Of a stretch of DNA of 64,000 bases, positions 16,769 to 26,142 are shown piece after piece; positions within the stretch are counted from its first letter, which is position 1; every line of letters starts with the position of its first letter. A model generated the notes under the pieces. That model was not told where the DNA came from, did not search any database, and saw only the letters and a program-made list of their open reading frames with translations. The stretch is from the IMG/VR virus record IMGVR_UViG_3300008116_000002; one strand, 5' to 3'. The translations under genes and the position numbers were made by a program. The DNA is from a virus. Lineage: Duplodnaviria; Caudoviricetes.

Positions 16769-19302
16769 TGGTAGAATTTATTTGGTGGGTTGGTGTAGTT
16801 GAAGATAGAAATGACCCCGAAAAACTAGGTAGGTGCAAGGTTAGAATTTTTGGTTATCATACTGAGGATAAAACTATACTACCAACAGACGATTTGCCTT
16901 GGGCGATTCCAATACAGCCGATAAATTCTGCATCGGTTTCGGGGATAGGTTTTACTCCAGTCGGAATTGTAACTGGAACTTGGGTCACCGGTTGGTTTTT
17001 AGATGGCGAGGATAAGCAACAACCTGTTATGTTGGGAACTATTCCTGGAAAAACTCCTGCCAGAGAAGAAGCGAAAGAAAAACAAAAACAGGACTCTGCG
17101 GACGATACAGTATTAAAGGATAATACGGGAAGTCCAATATACGAAGAGAGCGGTAACTTCATTTTTAAAAGCGCAGAGGTAACAAGTTTAAGAAATTCGT
17201 TTGATCCTTTAAAACCTACAGATATTGATATTCTTTTTAATAGTATTGCAAATAAAGTATCGTCTAATAATCAAACTAAGATCGGTACCAATAATGAATT
17301 AGGAAAATATCAATTTACGATATCTGATTTAATGGTGTTAGGATATTTGAGACTACCTTCTGATGGGAATATACTAAAAGAAATAGTTGACGATAGATCA
17401 TTTTGGGTCGGTTTAAATGGAATAACATCTAAGCAGGAATTTTTATCAAACAGGCTTCTTCAAGAAGAAGCAATGTTAAGATTAACTAAATCTAATTACG
17501 ATAAATTAATTTCTTTGGATAAAATTTCTACAAAAGATGATCCTAAAGTAATTGCAGGATTTTTAGCAAGTGCACACGTATTTGGGGTAACTGGTGCAGA
17601 CGATTTAGAAAGAAAAGATGCCTACGGTAGACAAGCAAAAGAATTTTTTAATTTGGGTGTAGTATCGCTTGGCGGGAATTTAAATACTGATATAGATATC
17701 AAATATTCTGAAGTTGAAAATTATTTACCTGAAATAAATGACGGCAATATTACAAATGAGGACCTAGCATTGAGCCCAGGATTTTCTGATCCAAACAGAA
17801 AATATCCAAAGTATGAGTATGAAGGATTATCCGACATTAATAAACTAGCAGTAGGTAACAGGTCGCATCTGTTATTTAAAATAAAAGAAGCACAAAAAAC
17901 AGAAAACATACAAATAGGTAGAGCGGAAAAACGTTGGAGTGAGCCCGAGCCTGCATATGCTGCGTCATATCCATATAATCAAGTAATTGAAACTGAAGCA
18001 GGGCATGTAATAGAACTTGACTCTACTCCTAACGCAGAAAGAATACACATATTTCATAAAAAAGGTACCTATATAGAAATAGATGTAAACGGCACTATGG
18101 TAAGAAAAGTATTAGGCGATAACTATGAAGTTTTAGATCGTAATAATTTTGTATATGTTAAAGGTGCGAATAATTTAACTGTAGAAGGCAAAACTTCAAT
18201 TTATGTAAAAGATAATGCCGTCATTGAGGTTGATGGAGACGTATCTGTAACAGGTCACAGAGATGCGGTAGTTCAAGCTGCTAGAAACTTAGCTGTTTCT
18301 GGAAAAAATTTGGTGTTATCAGGAAAAGATGGAGTTAATATAGTTTCGGATGGAGCTATTAATTTGCAGGCAGGAAGCGATATAAACATAAACTCCAAAA
18401 ATAATTTGTCTCTGCAGGCAACAGGTACAATTAGCATAAAGGCATCCATTAACTTATTAATGGATGCAATACTAGTTAAGACGCAGATGGGAGCAAACTT
18501 TGTTAAAGATTTGGTTATTCGAGCATTTGATCCTCCGGAATTAAGAAATCCCGTTAGATCTTCAGTTCCTGTTTTAGAAAGAACAAGTTTTTTTCAGGAA
18601 GATTTATTATTTGATGCAGGGGAAGAAGAGGGGGATGAATGGAGACGAAATAGAGAAGCAACAGGTGAGACATCTAAATTTCTTAAAGTGCGCTGGGAAT
18701 TACCACCACAAGGAAAATCTTATCGTTCTACACAACCTAGTACCCGCGTATCATGTGATGTTTGTAATCAGTTTGGAAGAATGTTTCCTAGATCATTTAA
18801 ACTATCAAAAAATTTCACAATAGAACATATGTTAACTGGGGACTGGGCTCCTCAAAAAGTACAAGCACAACGAGGATTGTCGGAAAAGCAAATTGTTTGT
18901 AATGCAATGCAAATTGCAGAAAATTGTCTCGAACCATTACTTAAAAGGTATCCAAGGTTAAAAATTACCAGTTGGTTTCGAGATGTTAATATTTTAGACG
19001 AAAACGGAAAATCTGTTGGTATGAGCGACCATGGATTAGCTGCAGCAGTCGACATACAAGTTAATAATCTTTCTTTGCAAGATCATCTTTCTGTTGCGCA
19101 CTGGTGTCTAAGCAATATACCTTATAGACAACTTCTTTTTGAGTATAAATTATATCCAGGTAGTGCAGATCCAAGAACTGCATGGATTCATATTGCGTTA
19201 TTATTGGATGAAAATGGAAAAATTATTGAGTCTTCAAAACCTCCAGTGCAGACATGGCAAGATGATCGCCCAATACTTGTAGGTCTTCCTGTTGATGTTT
19301 AA
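16768..19302 (+). CDS. gp5: Baseplate central spike gp5 with lysozyme-like insert and C-terminal peptidase M15 domain
   Basis: OB-fold WWVGVVEDRNDPEKLGRCKVRI; YPYNQVIETEAGHVIELDSTPNAERI; beta-helix repeats; SDHGLAAAVD and WIHIA zinc motifs. Confidence 0.9.
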   Translation: MVEFIWWVGVVEDRNDPEKLGRCKVRIFGYHTEDKTILPTDDLPWAIPIQPINSASVSGIGFTPVGIVTGTWVTGWFLDGEDKQQPVMLGTIPGKTPAREEAKEKQKQDSADDTVLKDNTGSPIYEESGNFIFKSAEVTSLRNSFDPLKPTDIDILFNSIANKVSSNNQTKIGTNNELGKYQFTISDLMVLGYLRLPSDGNILKEIVDDRSFWVGLNGITSKQEFLSNRLLQEEAMLRLTKSNYDKLISLDKISTKDDPKVIAGFLASAHVFGVTGADDLERKDAYGRQAKEFFNLGVVSLGGNLNTDIDIKYSEVENYLPEINDGNITNEDLALSPGFSDPNRKYPKYEYEGLSDINKLAVGNRSHLLFKIKEAQKTENIQIGRAEKRWSEPEPAYAASYPYNQVIETEAGHVIELDSTPNAERIHIFHKKGTYIEIDVNGTMVRKVLGDNYEVLDRNNFVYVKGANNLTVEGKTSIYVKDNAVIEVDGDVSVTGHRDAVVQAARNLAVSGKNLVLSGKDGVNIVSDGAINLQAGSDININSKNNLSLQATGTISIKASINLLMDAILVKTQMGANFVKDLVIRAFDPPELRNPVRSSVPVLERTSFFQEDLLFDAGEEEGDEWRRNREATGETSKFLKVRWELPPQGKSYRSTQPSTRVSCDVCNQFGRMFPRSFKLSKNFTIEHMLTGDWAPQKVQAQRGLSEKQIVCNAMQIAENCLEPLLKRYPRLKITSWFRDVNILDENGKSVGMSDHGLAAAVDIQVNNLSLQDHLSVAHWCLSNIPYRQLLFEYKLYPGSADPRTAWIHIALLLDENGKIIESSKPPVQTWQDDRPILVGLPVDV

Positions 19303-19316
19303 GAATATTTTACCCC

Positions 19317-19324
19317 AATAAATA
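19317..19324 (+). promoter_or_regulatory. Late promoter variant AATAAATA upstream of gp25
   Basis: One mismatch to TATAAATA, in the intergenic gap. Confidence 0.55.
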
Positions 19325-19330
19325 TCTAAT

Positions 19331-19729
19331 ATGGCCACTTCTAGAGCAACTAAAAAGTTTGTAGATTTAGATCTTTCTTTTAAGGTGAACCCTTTCACCA
19401 AAGATCTTTATCTAAAAACGGATGAGGAAGCAGTTAAAACTGCGGTAAAACATCTCATTCTAACTAAAAATTTTGAGAGACCTTTTAGACCAGAAATAGG
19501 CACACAAGTTACTGCATTGATGTTTGAGAATTTTACGTCTGCAGTAAAAATTGCAATGGAACGAACAATACGTGAAACTATAGAAAAATATGAACCAAGA
19601 GTTAGATTAGTCGATATAAAAATAACTGAAAATTTAGATGATAATGATTTAACTGTGACTATAGTATTCACCTTAAAAAATACGGATACTCCTATAACGA
19701 TATCCACATTACTAAGTAGAGTAAGATAA
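19331..19729 (+). CDS. gp25: Baseplate wedge subunit gp25
   Basis: DLDLSFKVNP...AVKTAVKHLILT...ERPFRPEIG...YEPRV. Confidence 0.93.
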   Translation: MATSRATKKFVDLDLSFKVNPFTKDLYLKTDEEAVKTAVKHLILTKNFERPFRPEIGTQVTALMFENFTSAVKIAMERTIRETIEKYEPRVRLVDIKITENLDDNDLTVTIVFTLKNTDTPITISTLLSRVR

Positions 19730-21571
19730 ATGGCAAACTATAGAATTTCGGAATTAGATTTTGATGAGATCAAAATCAATCTAAAACAATTCTTAACAAA
19801 TTATAGAGATAAGAATAATAATCTTATTTTTAAAGATTATGATTTTGAAGCATCCAGTCTGTCTATTCTTTTAGATATTTTATCTTATAACACATATTAT
19901 AACGCATACCTTGCCAATATGGTTGCAAATGAGATGTTTTTAGATTCTGCAAGCAAAAGAGAATCTGCAGTTTCAATCGCAAAACATCTAGGATATACTC
20001 CAATATCTTACAGAAGTGCAAGAGCAAAAATCTCTTTTGTTGCGGATACTCCCCAAGGAAGTCCTGCTACACTTACACTACCAAAATTTTCAGCATTCAC
20101 TACTACTGTAGATGGTGTGTTATTTGCCTTTTCTAATTTAGATTCTGTTACAGTAAGACCAACTGAGGGTAGATATATTTTTAATGATGTAACTATAGTA
20201 GAAGGAGAACCTCTAAGTTATACTTATAGAGTAGATGTATCTGGACCAGGCGAAAAATATGCAATTCCTAACTTAAATATTGATACCACAACTATAAGAA
20301 TAACAGTACAAAACTCTTACTCTGATACTACGCAAACGGTTTATACCAGGGCAGGAAACTTAGATGGTTTAACGGGAGAATCTTTAGTATACTTCTTAGA
20401 AGAAAATCCAACCGGAAATTATGAAATCTTTTTCGGTGACGGTGTACTAGGTAAAAAATTAATATCAGGTAATTTGGTAAAGATAGAATATTTAGTTAGC
20501 AATGGTTCGGTTTGCAACGTATCAAGCGAAATCGAACAAATATTCAATATATCTACTGTAGTAAATAACCTAAGAGTATCCTCTCCGATTATTGCGACTG
20601 AAAATTCTACGGGCGGAGATGAGCCTGATACCTTAGACGAAATTAAATTTAAGGCTCCTAGATTCTTATCATCATTTAATAGAGCAGTCACTGCAAATGA
20701 TTATAAGTCAGTAATAGAGGCAAATTATCCTTTAGTGGAATCCGTATCTGTTTGGGGTGGAGAAGAAAATGATCCGCCTAAATATGGTAAGGTCATAATT
20801 TCATTAAAACCATATTCAGGATATACTATTAATCAGGAATTAAAAGACAAAATATCTAATGAGATTCTTTTAGATCGCAAGGTAATGTCAATTGTTCCAG
20901 AATTTGTGGATCCTAATTATCTCTATATTACTTTAGATATTAAGGTTAAATTTGACGCTAAAAATTCTAGATATACAATTTCAGAATTAGAATCTTTGAC
21001 CAGGAATACTGTGCAGGAGTATTTTAGATTTGAACTACAAAAGTTTAATAAGCCCTTTATATATTCTAAGTTATCTAAACAAATAGATGCTTTAGATAAT
21101 TCAATCATAGGAAATTTAAGTTCCTTTAGAGTCCAAAAAAGAATCAACCCCATAGTAAATGGTAATAATGGATATACAGGAACAACTTTAATAAAATTTG
21201 CTAATAAACTAGTTTCAGGTACTCTGCAATCTACAGGATTTTATTATAAAATAAATGAAACCATATTCTCTGTTTATATGAAGGATGTATTAACATCTCA
21301 GGATACTGGGACTGTTAATTTATATGATTTAATTAATGATGGTTTATTAGTTTCAAATATAGGCACAGTAAATTATTCCGCCGGCACGGTTTCTATTCCT
21401 TCTTTAGTACCTGCAGGATTTTATGAAAATGCAACAGATATTAGAATATCATCTAAAATACAGGATTTAGATATTACATCTTCTAAGGATTTAATATTAG
21501 TTATTGATGACAGCATCTCGAATGTTTTAATTAAACGTGCTGCAGGATTAACAATAAACATTACTACGTAA
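19730..21571 (+). CDS. gp6: Baseplate wedge subunit gp6
   Basis: ELDFDEIK, DYDFEAS, EMFLDSA, RAVTANDY, SVWGGEENDPPKYGKV. Confidence 0.95.
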   Translation: MANYRISELDFDEIKINLKQFLTNYRDKNNNLIFKDYDFEASSLSILLDILSYNTYYNAYLANMVANEMFLDSASKRESAVSIAKHLGYTPISYRSARAKISFVADTPQGSPATLTLPKFSAFTTTVDGVLFAFSNLDSVTVRPTEGRYIFNDVTIVEGEPLSYTYRVDVSGPGEKYAIPNLNIDTTTIRITVQNSYSDTTQTVYTRAGNLDGLTGESLVYFLEENPTGNYEIFFGDGVLGKKLISGNLVKIEYLVSNGSVCNVSSEIEQIFNISTVVNNLRVSSPIIATENSTGGDEPDTLDEIKFKAPRFLSSFNRAVTANDYKSVIEANYPLVESVSVWGGEENDPPKYGKVIISLKPYSGYTINQELKDKISNEILLDRKVMSIVPEFVDPNYLYITLDIKVKFDAKNSRYTISELESLTRNTVQEYFRFELQKFNKPFIYSKLSKQIDALDNSIIGNLSSFRVQKRINPIVNGNNGYTGTTLIKFANKLVSGTLQSTGFYYKINETIFSVYMKDVLTSQDTGTVNLYDLINDGLLVSNIGTVNYSAGTVSIPSLVPAGFYENATDIRISSKIQDLDITSSKDLILVIDDSISNVLIKRAAGLTINITT

Positions 21572-21572
21572 A

Positions 21573-22949
21573 ATGGTAATTAAAGTTTTCGATACAAAAG
21601 ATCTTTTGGGCCCTTTAAAAATATTGGGTGTATCTAAGCCTGATACTTTTGCGGGATATAGAGAAGGGTGGTTTTACCCTCTTTATACAACCAGAGGGGA
21701 GGCAATTCAAGAAGATCTAGATAGAGGCGGTAAGGGAATTTATAGAGTACTAACTTTCTACAATAGAAAGGGAGAATTTTATATACCTGAAAGTTTCATC
21801 AATATAGGTGAAGCGAAGGATCCCTTAATTTATACGGTGCATCAAGGAGACGGTGCCGAAAATCCTTTTAAACGAGTACAAAATAGATTATCGCTTTTAA
21901 TAGAAGAACAACTTCCGGATTTTATACAAACAGACTATTCTATGTTTGTAACATTTTTAAAAGCATATTATGAATTTTTAGAACAGAATAATGAAGCTCA
22001 AGAAGTTCTGCAGGATATAACTAAGTATTCGGATATAGATAAAACCTCAAGTGATTTAATAACCAAATTTATTAAAAATTATGCATATGACATACCACAA
22101 TCAAGCATATCAAATAATAGATTTTTAGTAAAGAAAATAAGAGAAATCTACAGCAAAAAAGGAACAGAGCCAGCATATGAAATGCTATTCAACATTTTAT
22201 ATAAAGAATCTATTAGTTTCTTCTATCCATACGAGGTGGTGCTAAAGCCTTCCACAGGAAAATGGACTAAACGATTTGTTCTAAGAGTTCAGCAAACAAA
22301 TCCAACACAAAATATTTTTGGTTTTGAAGATACTGAAATTATAGGGAAGACTTCTAAAGCAAGAGCAATAGTTAGTAAGGTAATTAAAATAGATTTACGA
22401 GGATATGAGGTTTATGAATTAGTTTTAGATTCAACAAGTTTATTCGGAGAGTTTTTAAGAGATGAAGAAATTGAGGCAACTAAAACAATTCTATTAAGTA
22501 ACGAAAATTATTCTGTAGCTCCACTTAGTGCTAAGGTATATTCTATACTAAGTAAAATTGATATTATAGACGGAGGGGTGGGGTATAGTAAAGGACACCC
22601 AATAACAGTAACTGATGCTACAGGAGTTTTGGCAACAGTTAAAGTTAATAGTGTAAATAGATTCGGTACTATTACTGGATTTGATATAATAGAACCAGGT
22701 GTAAATTATAGTGTTAATTGTGTAGTTAGCGCCGGTCTTCCTACTGCACAGTTAAAAGGAACCTATTCTTTTTATCGAGGTGCTGTGACAGTAACATTCC
22801 CCGAGCAGCATGGATTATCTAAAGGGAAACACCTAAGTGTAAATTACACTGGTAATATTTTCAGTCCTTTAGATAATACTTCACATACCGCAACTATTAC
22901 GTCAATACCTAACGTAAGAACAATTAGATTTAGATATCCTGGATTTTAA
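21573..22949 (+). CDS. Baseplate wedge gp7-like protein, N-terminal part
   Basis: LIEEQLPDFI...FVTFLKAYYEFLE, IREIYSKKGTEPAYEMLF, VLKPSTGKW. Confidence 0.7.
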   Translation: MVIKVFDTKDLLGPLKILGVSKPDTFAGYREGWFYPLYTTRGEAIQEDLDRGGKGIYRVLTFYNRKGEFYIPESFINIGEAKDPLIYTVHQGDGAENPFKRVQNRLSLLIEEQLPDFIQTDYSMFVTFLKAYYEFLEQNNEAQEVLQDITKYSDIDKTSSDLITKFIKNYAYDIPQSSISNNRFLVKKIREIYSKKGTEPAYEMLFNILYKESISFFYPYEVVLKPSTGKWTKRFVLRVQQTNPTQNIFGFEDTEIIGKTSKARAIVSKVIKIDLRGYEVYELVLDSTSLFGEFLRDEEIEATKTILLSNENYSVAPLSAKVYSILSKIDIIDGGVGYSKGHPITVTDATGVLATVKVNSVNRFGTITGFDIIEPGVNYSVNCVVSAGLPTAQLKGTYSFYRGAVTVTFPEQHGLSKGKHLSVNYTGNIFSPLDNTSHTATITSIPNVRTIRFRYPGF

Positions 22950-22951
22950 AA

Positions 22952-25900
22952 ATGTCTGACAAAAATTTAAAAGAATATATAGTAACTCTACATAGTTACG
23001 AACACCTAGATAGTTTCTATGAGGATATGGAAACACCGGGTGGTAACCTATATATTCCTGATCGGGCAGTGGATTTAGTTAATCGTAGACCCATAAGTCG
23101 AAATACTCACTATTTACTTACAGAAGAAGAAGCTCGTTTAATCAGACAGGATCCAAGAGTTTTAGATGTGGATATTCCTGTTGACCATAATCCTCTTACA
23201 GTTAGGAGTTATTCTTGGTCACAAACCAATACTTTTAGTCCGCAGCTGCCGCCTTCAACGACGGATAAAAATTGGGGGCTTCTTTATTCAACCTCAGAAA
23301 CAATAAACAGTTCTTTAGATAGTTTTTCTTCGGTTTCCGCTACTGTAACCAGACCTTTTTCGGGAAAAAATGTAGATTTGGTTATGGCTGAATCAACTAT
23401 TAAGAAAAATCACGCAGAATTTGCTAAAAACGCTGATGGGACAGGCGGATATAGAACTATAGAAACCAATTGGTATGGATACGGTCTTGGTTCGCCCCCA
23501 ACAGTTACACCTCAAGAAACCTCACCATATAATTATAGTTATGTCGGATTTCATGCAACCCATACCGCAGGTACTGCAGCGGGGAATACTCAGGGCTGGG
23601 CGAAAGATTGTAATATCCATTTTAATGTTCCAATTTATGCAGGATCTTTTCCAAATTATCAGGGCCCCTGGGATTATATTAGAACATGGCATAGCTGGAA
23701 AAAAGTTAATGCTATAAATCCAAATACAGGAATACATAATCCTACAGTTGTTTCTTTAAGTACAAACGTTAGAACAAAACTTTTTACCTTTGGATTGGGA
23801 ACGATACATTATAGGGGAGTATCATATCCTGGTCCTTGGGCTCGTAATCCTTCTCGCACAGATCGAGACAATCCGGGGGCATGGACTAACGGAACTGTAA
23901 GTTTAGCGGATGTAGGTTTTAGAGAAGTAAGGTCTGACGATAATATACTTTGGTATGTATTCGCTGGGCAAAGCATGGTTGCAGAAAATGCTGATTTAAC
24001 TGACGCGATTAATGATGGGGTAATTATAGTTCAATCTGCAGGTAATCATTCTTCTAAGGTGGTGCGCCCAGGCGATCCAGATTATAATAATTATGTTATT
24101 GCCTTAGATGATGGCAAAACCTATTATCAAAATAGAAATGAATGGACAGCAGATGTTATTGCAGTTGGCAATCATACTGCCGCAAGAAGACTAGGATATA
24201 CCACAGATACTGGACCTGCTATTACGATTTGGGCCCCTGGCACAAACATTATCTCCTCAATATCAGACAGTGCAGAAAGAAATGAGTTTTCTGATCCGCG
24301 CGGATTAAACAATGATAAGTTGCTCTCAATATCTGGTACTAGCATGGCAGCGCCGCAGGTCGGCGGAGTTCTTGCCTGTTTGGCAGAACTGTGGCCTTCG
24401 GCGACGCAATCGCAAATGAAGAATTTTATTCTAACTCATGCTAGAAGTAGAATGACTAGTTCTGCGTTTACTATCTTTCCAAACACCCTTTCATATAGAG
24501 ATTCAGATACAACAGATAAAACTTTATATTATCCAAATTTTAGTTTTAGTGTTTCTCCGAACAAATCTTCAGTGTCATCTGATGAAATAGTTGTTATTAA
24601 CATAACAGGTTCTATAGATTCACCCCTTACCTGGGAATCTTGGTCAGCAAAATATAACATTCCCCAAGATGAGGGACAACTTGTTGCGGCTGCATTATAC
24701 ACTAATAACAACTTGTTAGGAAATTATGGACCTTCATCTACTCCTTTTTATGGTTTGTATAGAGAACCAGATGCCGAAGGGTTAGCATATTGGCATAGTC
24801 AATGGATAGCAAGTGGTAAAAATCTTGAGACAGTTAAGCCCGCATTTGCTCTAGGAATACCTTCAAGTGATACTATAGATTATGCAAGAATTAGAACTAA
24901 TTCGAAGACCTTTTTAGAAACCAACAACGGTAGTGTTTTTTACGATGGTGCTTTCGATTTGCCTGTTGGGTCTAGAGTATATCTTACAGAAGAAGGTAAT
25001 GCAACTGCACAGGATTTTATTGATGGATTAACTAAAATTCCTGTAACTATTACTGGACCAGTTACTACTGTTACTCGCAAAGTCAGCCCGAATAGAACAA
25101 CATCAAGAACAAGTACTTTAAAATTACGCACAGGTGGATATTCTGGCACTGTACAAGCAACTGCTTCTTCTATATCTATTATAGGAGTTGCACCACCTCC
25201 CCCTCCACCCGTTGTATCTACTTATAGTTTCGGAGGTATTCCGACCTCAATCAATGAGGGAGCTACAGGAACATTTAATGTAAATACAACTAACGTAGAT
25301 AATGGTACAACTTTATATTGGACAATTAATAATGGTACCTCAGTAAATGCGGATTTTACCGCAGTTTCAGGATCCTTAATTATTAATGGTAATACTGGGT
25401 CATTTACAATAACACCAACTGCTGATAATTCTACAGAAGGAAATCAAACCTTTACCGTTCAACTTAGAACAGGTAGTATATCTGGAACAATTGTTGCAAC
25501 AAGTTCTAGTGTAACTATAAATGATACTAGTTTAAATCCTGCGCCTGCAACACCTACATATGGATTTAGTTTGGTTCCTTCTGCGATTTCAGAAGGAAGC
25601 GCTGAAACATTCGGTGCAACTACAACTAACGTAAGTAATGATACAACTTTATATTGGACAATTAGCCATGGCACAACAGTAAGTGCGGATTTTAGCGCTT
25701 CGTCGGGATCATTTACCATAACAAATAATCAGGGATCCTTTTCAATAACACCTATAGCGGATAACACAACTGAAGGTCCTCAGGTTTTCACAGTTCAACT
25801 TAGAACAGGTAGTATATCTGGAACAGTTGTTGCCACAAGTTCTAGTGTTACCGTAACTGATTCAAGTACCACGCCTCCACCATCTACGCCCATTTATCAA

Positions 25901-26116
25901 TTTCCTGGAGAAATTCCTACATCCATAGATGAGGGAGATAGCATTACGTATAATTTTTCAACAACGAACGTACCGAATAATACAACTTTATACTGGACAA
26001 TTGCACATACAAGCACAGATGCTTCAGATTTTTTAGAAACATCTGGGACATTTACTGTAACAAACAACTCTGGGTCGTTTATAGTAAGACCTAAATCGGA
26101 TGCGACACCCGGTTAA
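22952..26116 (+). CDS. Subtilisin-like (S8) protease with prodomain, DUF4214-like insert and Ig/Calx-beta-like repeats
   Basis: HATHTAGTAAG, SAGN, SGTSMAAPQV; repeats of about 110 aa (INEG...TTNV-x-NGTTLYWTI...DF...SG...G-x-F-x-I-x-P-x-AD...EG-x-QTF). Confidence 0.85.
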   Translation: MSDKNLKEYIVTLHSYEHLDSFYEDMETPGGNLYIPDRAVDLVNRRPISRNTHYLLTEEEARLIRQDPRVLDVDIPVDHNPLTVRSYSWSQTNTFSPQLPPSTTDKNWGLLYSTSETINSSLDSFSSVSATVTRPFSGKNVDLVMAESTIKKNHAEFAKNADGTGGYRTIETNWYGYGLGSPPTVTPQETSPYNYSYVGFHATHTAGTAAGNTQGWAKDCNIHFNVPIYAGSFPNYQGPWDYIRTWHSWKKVNAINPNTGIHNPTVVSLSTNVRTKLFTFGLGTIHYRGVSYPGPWARNPSRTDRDNPGAWTNGTVSLADVGFREVRSDDNILWYVFAGQSMVAENADLTDAINDGVIIVQSAGNHSSKVVRPGDPDYNNYVIALDDGKTYYQNRNEWTADVIAVGNHTAARRLGYTTDTGPAITIWAPGTNIISSISDSAERNEFSDPRGLNNDKLLSISGTSMAAPQVGGVLACLAELWPSATQSQMKNFILTHARSRMTSSAFTIFPNTLSYRDSDTTDKTLYYPNFSFSVSPNKSSVSSDEIVVINITGSIDSPLTWESWSAKYNIPQDEGQLVAAALYTNNNLLGNYGPSSTPFYGLYREPDAEGLAYWHSQWIASGKNLETVKPAFALGIPSSDTIDYARIRTNSKTFLETNNGSVFYDGAFDLPVGSRVYLTEEGNATAQDFIDGLTKIPVTITGPVTTVTRKVSPNRTTSRTSTLKLRTGGYSGTVQATASSISIIGVAPPPPPPVVSTYSFGGIPTSINEGATGTFNVNTTNVDNGTTLYWTINNGTSVNADFTAVSGSLIINGNTGSFTITPTADNSTEGNQTFTVQLRTGSISGTIVATSSSVTINDTSLNPAPATPTYGFSLVPSAISEGSAETFGATTTNVSNDTTLYWTISHGTTVSADFSASSGSFTITNNQGSFSITPIADNTTEGPQVFTVQLRTGSISGTVVATSSSVTVTDSSTTPPPSTPIYQFPGEIPTSIDEGDSITYNFSTTNVPNNTTLYWTIAHTSTDASDFLETSGTFTVTNNSGSFIVRPKSDATPG
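24629..24949 (+). repeat. DUF4214-like domain copy 1 (partner 30616..30936)
   Basis: 76/107 aa identical to copy 2 by manual alignment; LY...REPDAEGLAYW motif. Confidence 0.85.
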
Positions 26117-26142
26117 AAAAAGTAACTAAGGGAGATATTTCT

